A stretch of 64,000 nt of DNA, taken from NCBI GenBank assembly GCA_951406725.2, contig OX597829.1:2170001-2234000 (forward strand), written 5' to 3'. Source of the DNA: Octopus vulgaris (lineage: Eukaryota). Every line of letters starts with the position of its first letter. Position 1 is the first letter of the stretch. This document shows positions 26,866 through 40,298 of the stretch, one piece after another. Below the pieces are notes generated by a model, which was not told the DNA's origin, did no database searches, and worked only from the letters and a program-made list of their open reading frames with translations. The position numbers and the translations under genes are program-made.

Positions 26866-27905
26866 CAAAAATTCAGTAGAAAATCCAGTTACCAAAAAAG
26901 GTTGGGGTGGCCTGCACCTGCCTTCCTCGGTTGCTATGACACTGGGGTAGATCTGGCCATGCCCGTCAACAGGGACAAAACCCGGATTTAAAACACTGAA
27001 TGATGATGTTATACTTACAAAAGCCCTACATATATGTACATGATATATGTACAAACATGTAGTATATATACATAATCATAGATAAACACACACACACATA
27101 TATAAAGATACATATGCATACAGAAAGACATACACAGCAGCGAGCTGGCAGAAATGTTAGCACGCCAGGCGAATGCTTAGCAGTATTTCATCTGCCGCTA
27201 CATTCTGAGTTCAAATTCTGCCGAAGTCGACCTTGCCTTTCATCCTTTCGGGGTCAATAAATTAAGTACCAGTTATGCACTGGGGTCGATGTAATCAACT
27301 TAATCCATTTGTCTGTCCTTGTTTGTCCACTCTGTGTTTAGCCCCTTGTGAGTAGTAAAGAAATAAGAAAGACACACACACTCATATACACACACATATT
27401 CACATACAGCATGAGCATTTAAAAATTCAGTAACCGATGTATATTCCTCAACATCATCATGTATCATACACCTGCAGCACATAGATTACACTGCAATGAA
27501 AGAATTAAGCACCTGTTCTCCAGATGCCTTGCCATTCTTGTCCATCCAGCTTGTGATATTGTCCATCCGTTGCATTCTTTGCCTATATCTCTTGACCTAC
27601 TGTCCTCTACTCTTACTTCCACAATAATGTCTACCAGACCTCTGCTTCTTTGGTTACAGCCATAATAGATGAGCTTTTGATCTTTTCAAAATGTTCACAA
27701 GTTGTCGTCTTTCACTTATTTGCAATGGTTGGTGTTAGGAAGTGCATCCAGTTGTAAAAATCATGCCAAAGCAAGGACACATACAAGGCTTGCAGTGCGT
27801 CAAAGCTATATGCATTTTAGTGTGGTGTATGGACACACACTAACACACGTATGGTTCCTTCCTCAAATTCTAGCATTAAGAACAAGTACTGCAACAGTTT
27901 AGCAT

Positions 27906-28111
27906 TTAGCCCTTTCGTTACCATATTTATTTTGAGATGCTCTGTGTTTCTTTCAATTAATTTTAAATATAACAAAGAATTTAGTAAAATAACTTAGTTA
28001 TCATTCAGCTAGTGTTAGGAACATAAATTGTGACTAAGGTTTGGTGGAAGATTTTAATTCAAAACTACAGAGCCAGAGGCGGTTTTGGCCGGGTTGGTAT
28101 CAAAAGGGTTA
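27906..28111. mobile_element. piggyBac-like MITE, second copy
   Basis: CCCTTTCGTTACC ... GGTATCAAAAGGG termini; internal sequence matches 10392-10621. Confidence 0.7.
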
Positions 28112-28576
28112 CATCTGTCATCTAAAAGAATTATGGAATGTGGCCAAACTCACCACCACCAAACCCTGGCAAAAAGTTATATAGATGCAAAAGACTACAG
28201 CAGAAACAGAACACTCTGCACTAAGTTGGTGAAACACCAACCAGACAGGATGTATATACTGTTAAAGAGAGCAATAAACTGGACCACCAAATGATTCACA
28301 AAGATAACACATAAGACTAAGAACATTACACTATAAATATGGTACCCCAGCATGGTCTTGACTTCAGTTGCTAAAAACAAACCAAAAGAATTGAAGGGCA
28401 TAACGTTTTGTTTGAACAGCAGAAGTCTCTCCTTCTCTCTCAACCCCACTACCTCCATGCCTGAAAGTAGAATGTTCTTCCTGTTGACCTCCAGCTGTTT
28501 AAAGGTCAAACAGCAGAGTGAAAAGACTATTGGGTTATCAGTTTGTAAGGTTTTTTTTATGTGTATTAGCAAATAA

Positions 28577-28619
<43 letters not shown>

Positions 28620-28848
28620 ATATTTTACATAGGCATAGCAATACTAATAACCACTTTTTAGAACTCAATATACATATGCTTCAGAGTAAAACATTTGCTG
28701 AGTATGGAGCATAATATCAATTATTAAATAACAAAAGAACAGGAATTACATAATCAACTTTATTAGCTTACAGCTGTTTCTGCTATGAAAAGTAGTGCAT
28801 TCAGAGCTGAGCACTTGTGCATTTTCTTATAGCTTCCTTGAAACTATT

Positions 28849-28907
<59 letters not shown>

Positions 28908-29962
28908 TTACCATCATCGTTTAACATCCGTTTTCCATGCTAGCATGGGTTGGACAGTTCGACCGGGGTCTGAGAAGCTAGGAGGCTGCACCAGTCTGAT
29001 CTGGCAGTGTTTCTACAGCTGGATGCCCTTCCTAACACCAACAACTCCGTAAGTGTAGTGGGTGCTTTTTACATGCCACCAGCACAGGGGAGGCTGGCAG
29101 TGGCCACGATCGGTTGGTGCTTTTTACATGCCACCAACACAGAAGCCAGTCAAGCGGCGCTGGCATCGGCCACATTCGGATGGTGCTTTTTAAGTGCCAC
29201 CGGCACAGGTATCACAGCTACAATTTCCATTTGATATATATATATATATATATAATTATTGTATGTATATGTACATACATACACACACAACAATTATTTA
29301 TACCTATACATACATATATATATATTTTACTGCTAATTTTCACATTTCTTTCCAATCAATCAAATTGTAACGAAAACCATATCATTGTTTTGAAAATCAG
29401 TCATCCAATCAAATTTAAATGCTTATTCATCGAATTGAATTATATTGTATCATATTATATTACATGTATATTACTTGATTTCAGTTAAGATTTTATCACA
29501 ACTGTCCAATAAACGGAAAATATGAAACTTTGAGTAACAGTTTTGTGAAGATTTTTCAGCTTTAATAAAAAATATATATTTACATATGAAGTAAAAACAG
29601 CTCTAGTATGATAAATATTACTAAATACTTATACTAATATGTATATGCTTTGAGTATTTTCTAGTGGCTGCAATGGTGTAGTCATGGACAGGTATGACTT
29701 CCAGGCGTAACAGCTCTTGATTTTACAGGCCATGAGCATATAAGTCATTGACCTCGTTAGCTGACTCACCTTTGACCCAGGCATTGAAAAACCACTAAAA
29801 TAATGAAACATTAATGTTGATCACTGCCAAAAGAGGTAGAAGGTGAGTTATATCACCTGCCCATGACTTAGCGGTGTTTTAACATCAGTGACATGAGAGT
29901 TATATACTTTGCTACTCACCTTTGCAGCCACACAAGGCATATACATTAGCATATGTATTTAA

Positions 29963-30350
29963 TCTCTCTCTATATAAACGGCAGTTTGTCTGTGCGTGTT
30001 TCTGTGTGTCTGTTTGCTTGTACCCTCACCCTGACCACGGCTTTCAACCGATTCTGATGAAACTTGACACACACATAGCCCAATGTCATAATTCAAAACT
30101 AACGCAGCGAAAATTTTGAAAAGTTCCCCCAGTTCTGAAAAAAATCGATAAATTCGACATGGGGGTCGAGAATCAGGAAACACAAACCACAGACTGTCTA
30201 GGGGACGCAACTCCACATTTTTTAACTATCAAAAAAAAAAATTTACCATCATTTTTTCCATTTTTTTGCTATTTTTTGGCTATAACTCTCTAAAAATGCT
30301 TTATAGTTATTTCCCTTACAAACCTGAGCAACGCCGGGCGATACTGCTAA
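29963..30350 (+). mobile_element. Non-autonomous Helitron
   Basis: A|TC 5' end (TCTCTCTCTATATAAACGGCAG), 3' hairpin CCTGAGCAACGCCGGG then CTAA|T, no TSD. Confidence 0.8.
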
Positions 30351-30586
30351 TACTATATATATAATCAGTCCAAACAAGAACAAGCAAGAAAAAACAACAA
30401 CGTGAGGACGTGGAATAAGTACAGTGTTATTGGACGCTCAGGAAAGGGAAGAAAAGAAAGAGGGTTTCATGTTTTGAGCAGAGCTCTTCATCAGAATTTT
30501 AGGAAAAGTCCAAAGAAGGGAAGACGGAGAAAGAAAATCGCCAACAATACACATGCGGTCACAATATATGTGTGTGTGTGTGTATG

Positions 30587-30623
<37 letters not shown>

Positions 30624-30987
30624 ATATATATATATCATCATCATCGTTTAGCGTCCGCTTTCCATGCTAGCATGGGTTGGACGGTTCAACTGGGGTCTGG
30701 GAAGCCAGAAGGCTGCACCAGGCCCAGTTTGATTTGGCAGTGTTTCTATGGCTGGATGCCCTTCCTAACGCCAACCACTCCGTGAGTGTAGTGGGTGCTT
30801 TTATGTGCCACCGGCACGGGGCCCAGGTTAAGCTGGCAAACAGCCACGAACGGATGGTGCTTTTTACGTGCCACCGGCACAGGGGCCAGGCGAGGCTGAC
30901 AACGGCCATGTTCAGATGGTTCTCTTACGTGCCACCGGCACTGGTAACTCAGCTGCAATTTCCATTGATCGATTTCGATTCTGATTC

Positions 30988-31022
<35 letters not shown>

Positions 31023-31401
31023 GTGTGTGTATCTACAAATACTTTATTTGATGGAGATTTGGCAATTATTTCTATCATGCCATTCTCAAGAAAGGCAGTG
31101 TCTCTGGTCCCACCAACTATCACATTAATGCACTCACTTCTCATATCTCAAAGATAATGGAAACAGCCATCAACAACCATGGTATTCTTCAACACCATGA
31201 CCCTGTCTCCTCAATGATCACCAGCACAACTTCACTTCTTTAAAGACAGATCCATTGGAGACCTCCTCTATTACATCAACCACCTGTGTAGCTCTTCTCA
31301 CAAAATAAATATCAATGAAAGGTGTGTTTTTGTTGTAGACATCAGCAAAGTTTTCAATCATGTATAGCATGTGAATCTCTGACCAAAAGTTGTGGCATGC
31401 C

Positions 31402-31682
31402 GCTGGGAGTTGTGGCATGCTCCTGTAATCCAGCTACTCGGAGGCTTAGTTGGTTGGCTGGTTTGAGGATGGGAGTCCTGGTAGTCGATCTTCTATGGCG
31501 ATCGGGTGTCCGCGCTAAGCTCAGCATCAATATGGTGCTGGAGAGGGAGCTCATCAGGACCAGGTTGTCTAAGGAGGGTCGCTTCAGCCCAGGGCCGAAA
31601 CGTAGCAGTAGTGGGATCGTGCTTGTGAATAGCCGCCGGCTGGCAGCCTGTTTGATACAACTGAACGCCAATCTAATTTTTT
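31402..31682 (+). pseudogene. 7SL / SRP RNA copy with an internal deletion (probable pseudogene)
   Basis: Colinear with metazoan SRP RNA: CCTGTAATCCAGCTACTCGGAGGCT (Alu domain), CGATCGGGTGTCCGCGCTAAG, GCATCAATATGGTG, ACCAGGTTGTCTAAGGAGGG, CCCAGG..GAAAC..AGCAG (helix 8), TAGTGGGATCG..TGTGAATAGCC, ending in a T6 run. About 23 nt between AGCAG and TAGTGGG are missing relative to the human sequence as I recall it. Confidence 0.9.
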
Positions 31683-31856
31683 AGGTGCAGGAGTGGCTGT
31701 GTGGTAAGTACCTTGCTTACCAACCACATGGTTCCGGGTTCAGTCCCACTGCGTGGCACCTTGGGCAAGTGTCTTCTACTATAGCCTCAGGCCGACTAAT
31801 GCCTTGTGAGTGGATTTGGTAGACGGAAACTGAAAGAAGCCTGTCATATATATGCA

Positions 31857-31891
<35 letters not shown>

Positions 31892-32097
31892 ATATGTTTG
31901 TGTGTCTGTGTTTGTCCTCCTAGCATTGCTTGACAACCGATGCTGGTGTGTTTATGTCCCCGTTACTTAGTGGTTTGGCAAAAGAGACCGATAGAATAAG
32001 TACTGGGCTTACAAAAGAATAAGTCCCAGGGTCGAGTTGCTCGATTAAAGGCAATGCTCCAGCATGGCAGCAGTCAAATGACTGAAACAAGTAAAAA
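31683..32097 (+). mobile_element. SINE family A copy directly abutting the 7SL sequence
   Basis: Head aggtgcaggagtggctgtgtggtaag begins immediately after the T6 run of the 7SL copy. Confidence 0.9.
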
Positions 32098-33156
32098 AAA
32101 AAAAAAAGAGTATCCATCTCTCATTTCTTAGATCATTTAAGCATGTGTCGAAGGAGTTTTATCAAGCATTCTATTATAATGAACATCTACATTTCTATCC
32201 CAGTTTACCATGCGGGGCTAAGGTTGGACTGGTTGCCAATGCCTGAGTAATCTCATATTGGGAACTGCTGCTTCCGTAGACTGATGCTCACACATGTTTA
32301 GTTGTATCTATAGCTGGTTGCCCTTCTATCACCAACCTCTTTACAGAGTGTACTAAAAGTTTTTTCCTTGTTGTTGTTGCACCAAAACAATTGTCTTTTT
32401 CAATAGCAAATAAACCCCAATTATAACTCACATCAAGAAACACCATCACATCATACCCTCCTTAAACAGGAGTTGTACTGAGGTTTACAGTACTCCAAAT
32501 GTTAGCTCTCACAGTCACTAAGTATCTCTGATGGAGAAATCACACATCTGTTGGAGAGTTAGAACCATGTCCTTAAGATTTGCCCTTCTCTTCAGGGCCA
32601 GAAAATATTTCAGCCTCTTTATAATTAATGACTTGGTAAAGCTCAAAGCAAACCAACCTCTGGGATAGTGATGCTACTACAGATACAAACATTTTTGACC
32701 ATATCCAGAGATGGCCCATTTCACTGACTGGAATAAAATCATTTAAACATATGCACTTTTTTCATCACCACTATAAAGTCCTAATGCTCTCCATTCCTCA
32801 GATCTAGCTTTTATTGTGCCTCGTTCACCCATGAATTCCTAACTCTCTTGTCTCTCCAACTTTCACTGTCCAATCTCTAAGTCTTGTACTATCACTAACC
32901 CAAGTTCTTTCTTCCTGGAATATTGGCCTTCTTGGATCTTCCTGCTGCTCATGTCTTTTCCAGCAGGTGTCAACTCGCAAGAACTTAAAAACAAGACATA
33001 AACAGCATCAATCTCATCAGAATATCCCTTCCTTCAGACTAAGTAAGTGAAACAAAAAATCTTCAGCTAATGCTAGCTGATCAAAGGATTGGAAAGATTT
33101 CTCTTATTTTATACAAAAACTGGAAACCAAATATAATTTCCATTATTTGTTATGAA

Positions 33157-33319
33157 GGCGCAGGAGTGGCTGTGTGGTAAGTAGCTTGCTTACCAATCAC
33201 ATGGTTCCGGGTTCAGTCCCACTGCATGGCACCTTGGACAAGTGTCTTCTACTACAGCCTCGGGCCAACCAAAGCCTTGTGAGTGGATTTGGTAGGCGGA
33301 AACTGAAAGAAGCCCGTCG

Positions 33320-33373
<54 letters not shown>

Positions 33374-33598
33374 GTGTGTGTGTATATGCTTATGTGTCTG
33401 TGTTTGTGCCCCACACCCCCAACATCGCTTGACAACCGATGCTGGTGTGTTAACGTCCCCGTAACTTAGCGGTTCGGCAAAAGAGACCGATAGAATAAGT
33501 ACTAGGCTTACAAAGAATAAGTCCTGGGGTCGATTTGCTCGACTAAAGGCGGTGCTCCAGTATGGCCACAGTCAAATGACTGAAAGAAGTAAAAGAGT
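33157..33598 (+). mobile_element. tRNA-head SINE family A with an internal (TA)n/(TG)n microsatellite (representative copy)
   Basis: A-box TGGCTGTGTGG, B-box GGTTCAGTCCC, tail gactgaaacaagtaaaag. Other copies at about 1558-2147(-), 8231-8670(-), 11112-11535(+), 19218-19612(+), 31683-32097(+), 33759-34170(+) and 47863-48306(+), plus many fragments. Confidence 0.9.
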
Positions 33599-34224
33599 TG
33601 AGTAAAAAGAGCAAGACACAAAGAATTAGGAATGAAACTATAAATATTGCAAATGTATTTATGCTCAGCTCAAGAATTAATAATATACATTTATATTCCT
33701 GTTTATTTTAGCAGTCAGTTGACATTTTATTGAATTTTATTATTTATAATCAACAATAGGCGCAGGAGTGGCTGTGTGGTAAGTAGCTTGTTTACCAACC
33801 ACATGGTTCCGGGTTCAGTCCCACTGCGTGGCACCTTGGGCAAGTGTCTTCTGCTATAGCCTCAGGCCGACCAAAGCCTTGTGAGTGGATTTGGTAGATG
33901 GGAACTGAAAGAAGCCCGTCGTATATATGTATATATATATGTGTATGTGTGTGTATATGTTTGTGTGTCTGTGTTTGTCCCCCCACCATCGCTTGGCAAC
34001 CGATGCTGGTGTGTTTACGTCCCCGTCACTTAGCAGTTCGGCAAAAAGAGACCGATAGAATAAGTACTGGGCTTACAAAGAATAAGTCCCGGGGTCGATT
34101 TGCTCGACTAAAGGTGGTGCTCCAGCATGGCCGCAGTCAAATGACTGAAACAAGTAAAAGAGTAAAAGAGAGAGAGTTGTAGTAGATACCAATCTATATT
34201 TTTGAACTTTCGTTAAAATAAGAA

Positions 34225-34490
34225 CTATCTATCTATCCACTCAGTTAAAGTCAACTCTCGGTTACTCGATGGATCAGTGTCCTCCAGTCAGTTTTATCCT
34301 GGGCCGCTTCTTTCAGATTGGCTATGTCCATTCCCATGTCACTCTTGATGGCATCAAGCCAGCAGGTTCTTGGTCGGCCTCTTCCTCTCTTCCCACTGAC
34401 CATTCCAAGCATGAAATCCTTCTCCAGGGATTTTCTCCGCATAATATGACCAAAATATGTAAAGAAGATCCGTACAGCATTCATGGCCAG
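34225..34490 (-). mobile_element. RTE-BovB-like LINE 3' fragment
   Basis: YFGHIMRRKSLEKDFMLGMVSGKRGRGRPRTCWLDAIKSD ... AAQDKTDWRTLIHRVTES, followed by a short (GATA)-type tail. Confidence 0.85.
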
Positions 34491-36029
34491 ACAAGCAACC
34501 ATCCATGGGAGAAATGGTGAAGACCAAAACAGTACAAAACCTATAAGATGCTCTTAACTTTCAACAAGTTAGCATAGTGGAAGTGAGTAGTGGTTCATGT
34601 TAAAACGTTGACATCTCTTTATCTTCTTAATTAATTACTTCCTTTGTCATTAGACTAAGGAAATCTAATCACAAGGGAAGTGAATGCAGAAGCCATAACA
34701 AATATTGAGGTGAAATCTATGCAACAGAATTATTTTGAGGTGATGATGATGATGCACCATCTTCAGCCACTTAACCTACAAGTAATTGTTTAAACTTGTC
34801 CGTCACAATGGCAAAAGATAGAATTACATGAAAGCAACTTCCATTTTGTTTTCTCATGAACAAAGTGGTTAACTGGCAGAAATGTTATCACAACAGACAC
34901 AATGATTAGTGACATTTTTTTCTGCCTCTTAGAAAATTCTGACATCAAATTCATGGAAGCTGACTTTGTAAAATGAGTATCAGTTAGGCACTGGGACAAT
35001 GTCATCAACTAGCCCCACACATCAAAATTTTAGCCCCTGTACCCATAGTCAATAAAATTAGTAAAGATGGAAGAGAAGTAAAAAGGAAAAAAAATTTCTA
35101 GTACTTTAATTAAAGTGATGGTGGTGAGGTAAGAACAGAAACTTGTTAGGATGAGAACCACTCAATTCAGATCATCATCACCATTATCTTCTTCTTCTTC
35201 TCCTCCTCCCCTCCTCCTTCTTCTTCTTCCTCATTTTTTCTTTTTCCTTTCCTTCTACCCCTCTTCTACTTCTTTTTCTTCTTCTCCTTTTCCTGCTCCT
35301 CCTTTTTGTCATCACTTTCCTAGATGCAGCCATTCACAACTAGAATAGTATTAAATCAAAGTCCCCAATAACTAACAGGCATTTTATTTTATCAACACTC
35401 CACCCATTTCCTCCAGAAGGATGCAATGTAAATATGGACCACTATGTTATTTGAAATCAGAAGGTAAAGGTTGTGTAATTAAATATCACCAGGTATTTAC
35501 TTATAACCCTACCTGTCAAAATTTGAACTCAAAATGTAAAGATCTAAGGTTTATCTTCCATGCATAAAAAGGGTAAAAGCAATTGTTAATATGTTAAGAT
35601 GTTCTCTGAGAAGCAAAAATATTATCAGCAGGTAATTGTAGGGAGTTATCAGGACTTCTCTTCACTATTTATACTTTCAAGAACACAAATTCCAGATGAG
35701 GTTTCACATCATCATCATAGTTATTGTTGTATAACATCCTTTTCCATGCTGGCATGGGCTGGACAGTCTGACAGCAGGAGAGCTGTCCAGGTTCCAGTAA
35801 TCTGCTTTAGCATGGTTTCTATGGTTGGGTGCCCTTCCTAATGCCAACCACTTTGCAGAGTGCATTGGGTGCTTTGCAAGTGCCACTGGCACAGGTATGT
35901 TTTATATAGCACTGCTATGAGTGTGTTTTATGTAGCACCAGCACCTACAAGACAAAGGTATTTCAGCTGGGAGAAGGAGTGGGGGGCATGGCTGCAAAAG
36001 TCATACCTGTATGTATAGATGGCCATGAT

Positions 36030-36605
36030 TTTACTTAGCTTATTATGTTTTCTTTATGTACAGCAAAATACCAAAAGCCCCAGTCCCTTGTCATCTTCTC
36101 AGTGAGGCCAAGTGTGTGAAGATTCTTTCTCATCACTTCATCCCACATCTTCTTGGGTCTACCCCTTCCACAGGTTCCCTCAACAATTAGAGATCCTCAC
36201 TTGTTCGCACAGCTGTCCTTGTCCATACACATCGCATGACCTTACCAGCACAGTCTTTTCTCTTGCACACTACATCTGACGCCTCTTATCCTCTTAAGAC
36301 ACTTACACACTGCAGTACAAGTACACTGATATAGAACATCCAGCGAACAATACAATGTCTTTCAAGTCTTCACAAGTCCTCTGTAGTCAAAGCCCATGTT
36401 TCACAGTCATGTAGCATAGCTTTTTGTACACAGGCATAATACAATCTGCCTTTCACTCTTAGCAAGAGCCCCTTAGTTCCCAATAAAAGTAGTAGTTCTC
36501 TGAACTTTGCCCAGCCTGTTCTTATCCTAGCAACTATGCTTTCAGAACTTCTTCCTTCACAGCTAACTTCGTAGTCTAGGTAACAATAGCTATCTATTAC
36601 TTCTA
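36030..36605 (-). mobile_element. Decayed RTE LINE fragment, same family as 62331
   Basis: Minus strand contains gaggataagaggcgtcagatgtagtgtgcaagagaaaagactgtgctgg and ggaaggggtagacccaagaagatgtgggatgaagtg (GRGRPKKMWDEV). Confidence 0.7.
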
Positions 36606-38001
36606 AGGACCCCCACCACCACCCAAACCACTCTGTAAAAATAATCTTAACTGTTTTTGTTTTATTTCTTTGTAAAGCAATCTAAACAACATAGGAATCA
36701 GTAAATTAGTTTTATTTAAATTGTGGCCGAAAAATTACCAGTCCAGGTATTGAGCTAAAACACACAATCTTAAATTTATTTTCTGTAAAAGCAATCGGTA
36801 GTGATAGTTTCAGCAGATATTTGATTCTTTAGAAGTTCCACTGATACACATCATCATCATCGTTTAACGTCCATTTTCCATGCTAGCATGGGTTGGATGG
36901 TTCGACCGGTATCTGGGAAGCCAGGAGGCTGCACCAGGCTCCAGTCTGATCTGGCAGTGTTTCTACAGCTGGATGCCCTTCCTAACGCCAACCACTCCGT
37001 GAGTGTAGTGGGTACTTTTTACATGCCAGGGGAGGCTGGCAACAGCCACGATCGGATTGGTGCTTTTTACGTGCGACAGGCACGTAAATTATGGCTGAAG
37101 AATAACCAGTCCAGGTATTGAGCTAAAACACACAATCTTAAATCTATTTTCTGTAAAAGCAATCGGTAGTGGTAGTTTCAGCAGATATTTGATTCTTTGG
37201 AAGTTCCATTGATACTCAGAGTATGCAAATTAAGTGGAGACCATTTATTGGGTGTTATTACAATAGTCGTTTCTAAATTTCAATAGATGTTTCTAAGAAA
37301 TACATAGATCACAATTGCCAAACTCACCTGGATCCTAGTTACAAGCAGGTAATACAAATGATAAATTCACAACAGCTTAGTCCCCTAGGACCTCGCCATG
37401 TAAAAGTATACCTATTTCTTTACTAACCACAAGGGGCTAAACACAGAGAGGACAAACAAGGACAGACAAACGGATTAAGTCAATTATATCGACCCCAGTG
37501 TGTAACTGGTACTTATTTAATCGACCCCGAAAGGATGAAAGGCAAAATCTGCCTTGGCGGAATTTGAACTCAGAACGTAATGGCAGATGAAATACTGCTG
37601 AGCATTTCGCTAACGATTCTGCCAGCTCACCGCCTTATGTAAAAGCATACCACAAATAGTATAATTCACAACAGCCAAGTCCATTTAGATCCAAGCAAGT
37701 ATCATGGATGTTACCAGTTTGAATGCACCAAAGTTATGTCCATCCATCTAGGTTTAGCCAAAGATGGGGCAATTAATCCACTGCTGACAGCAGTGGCAGC
37801 AGTGTAAAACTGATGGGTGTTTTACTGGCTTCCAACATTTGATTCTGCCTCCCTGATGTGTCAACTTAGCTATTACAGAAGAATGTCATACCACAAGCAC
37901 CAGCAAAATAGTTTCTTGCAATTCAAGAAGAATGAAGATAAAATAACAACTATTTTTTTTAAAATACAAGAATATATAAAAATAATGTCAGACTTCCTTA
38001 C

Positions 38002-38179
38002 TTGAAAGGTTCGGCTGGATGTAATAAGTCATTTGGCAGAAGAGGTAGCCTCTTGTAGAATAATTCCCAGTCAAAGGCACCACGAGCACCTTCATCTTGT
38101 GCTCGATAAGAAAATGTCTCATAATCAATTACATCAATAAATGGACAGACCACAGTTTTGCGATTTTGAGCAATTGGCT
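38002..38179 (-). CDS. GALNT10: GALNT10-like polypeptide GalNAc-transferase, first coding exon visible in the window (catalytic domain)
   Basis: Encodes [58 protein letters not shown](K), with the GALNT 'VCP.IDVID' and 'RGAFDW' motifs. Acceptor ttccag, donor gtaagg. 178 bp, ending in phase 2, which matches the next exon. Confidence 0.93.
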
Positions 38180-39899
38180 CTGGAATGAAAAAGAAAGAAA
38201 ACATTCATACAATAACATGTTGGAAACTTTCATCAAAATCAACAAGAAAATTAAAAGACAACAATCTTAAAACTTGTAATCAAAGCAATCAAAGGATGAC
38301 CAATATCTTGTACATGAAATCTGGAAGATAGAAATAGTGTGAAAACACATTATGCATGTGTGCTTATATCATAAACATCATTGGTGTTTTGACACCTTTT
38401 TTCCCATGCTTTCATGGGAAAATGGAATTTGTTGAGATAGATTTTCGTATAGCTGTATGTCCTTCTGCATATTTCCAAGCAAGGTAATATTTCCCCCATG
38501 GTCAGACCTGAGAGTGATGCACATTTTCTTTTCTACTCTAGGCACATGACCTGAAATTTTGGGAAGAGCCCAGTCGATTAGATTGACTTACCCCCAAAGG
38601 ATGAAAGGCAAAGTCAATCTTGGTGGAATTTGAACTCAGAATGTAACGATAGATGAAATACTGCTAAGCATTTCACCCAGTGTGCTAGCATCTCTGCCAG
38701 CTTGCTGCCCTAGTGATGCTCATTTTAACAATTAATTATCACCAAGCTAAGACCCCCACACACACACACGTACACACACACAGATACACATACACACACA
38801 TATACACACTTCCAAACCCAGGTCTATCTGTTAACTTTTATGGTTTTATTTATTCTCCACACCACAATGTCAGCCTTCATCTAATTAGAAATACAACCTT
38901 ATTCCATTCATTGATCTGGTCCTCTATGTTCTAGTCCCTTAGTTCTTCTGTCTCTTCCTCCTCTGTCACCTTTCTCATTACAAGAATTGTGTGGCATTTC
39001 ATGGAAGTTATGTATTTTAGCTTAATCTTAGAGTCACCAAAGAACTCATTCATCACTAGTTGGTCTTCTGTCTTTGAATCCTTTCTAAGGTTTATCTTGA
39101 AGTTGCAAATTACATAGAATGGCATATCCTTCACTGAAGAAAAGAAGATAAATTACTAATGAATTCTAATTATTACTAATCAATTATCTGTCTGTCTCAA
39201 TTACTGTATCTTTCATATTCATCAAAGTAGCCATCATGATGCTGCTCAACATATCGGTCAGGGTTAGGATTGTGAAAGTCTGTAGAAATTATAATGAAGC
39301 AGCTGTTTTCTTTATTGATTATATTGTTTCCAGGGGGATTTCCTAAAACACACATCAAGACATAGGGAAACATTACCTTAAGAGAAACATGTGAGGCTTA
39401 GTAACAGGAAAGGCATCTAGCAGTAGAAAATATGCCTCAACAAATTCCATCTGACTCATGATAGTATGGAAAGATGGACATTAAATGCTGATAAAATTAA
39501 GAGAAGAAGATCGATTTCTTTACTTATGTCGGTCTCAAATATGGAGTATAAGTAGAGATTGCTATTGCTGAGTACTTCATCATCCTATTTCTTTACTACC
39601 TACAAGGGGCTAAACACAGAGATGACAAACAAGGACAGATAAATGGATTAAGTTGATTACATCGACCTCAGTGCGTAACTGGTACTTATTTAATCGACCC
39701 CAAAAGGATGAAAGGCAAAGTCAACCTCGGCGGAATTTGAACTCAGAACGTAGCGGCAGACAAAATATGGCTATGCATTTCGCCCGGTGTGCTAACGTTT
39801 CTGCCAGTTTGCTGCCTTCCTATTTCTTAGTGTTTTCTCTCTTTTATTGGCTAGCAGGAGAAGAAAGGAGAGCACTCACGTCCTCTTTAGGGGCCTCCA

Positions 39900-40160
39900 T
39901 GCCAAATGAGAGATTGCAATTCATCAGACATACAATATGGATACTGGAACACAGGCGGCCCACACACAGCATTGACACTGGCTGGGGGCAAACGAGGCAG
40001 AGGAAGACCACCCAAAAACTGGCACAGTACTCCCCATGAGGACCTACAAGAACTGTTACTGACCTGGACTGATGCAAAAAACAGCTGCAGTAGATTGCAC
40101 TAGGTGGAGGAAACTCATCGCCCAATGTTATATTAGGAGCAGAAGGAACTAAGACTAAGT
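39900..40160 (+). mobile_element. Decayed RTE LINE 3' fragment
   Basis: ERLQFIRHTI..LEHRRPTH and GGKRGRGRPPKNW in adjacent frames, with an (CTAAG)-like tail. Confidence 0.65.
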
Positions 40161-40267
40161 AGAAAATGGGAAGGAGATAAGAAGGAATTGATCCTCAGAT
40201 TGTAGATATGGTTCAAAGACTTACTAAAAATGTTTGCATGTCTTTGAGCCATGTACATATAGATATA

Positions 40268-40298
<31 letters not shown>

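Noticed and set aside
31322-31684. 120- and 105-aa ORFs over the 7SL sequence
   Set aside because: Incidental frames across a GC-rich non-coding RNA.
33157-33235. tRNA genes at the SINE heads
   Set aside because: A and B boxes are present, but there is no complete cloverleaf and each head is attached to a SINE body.
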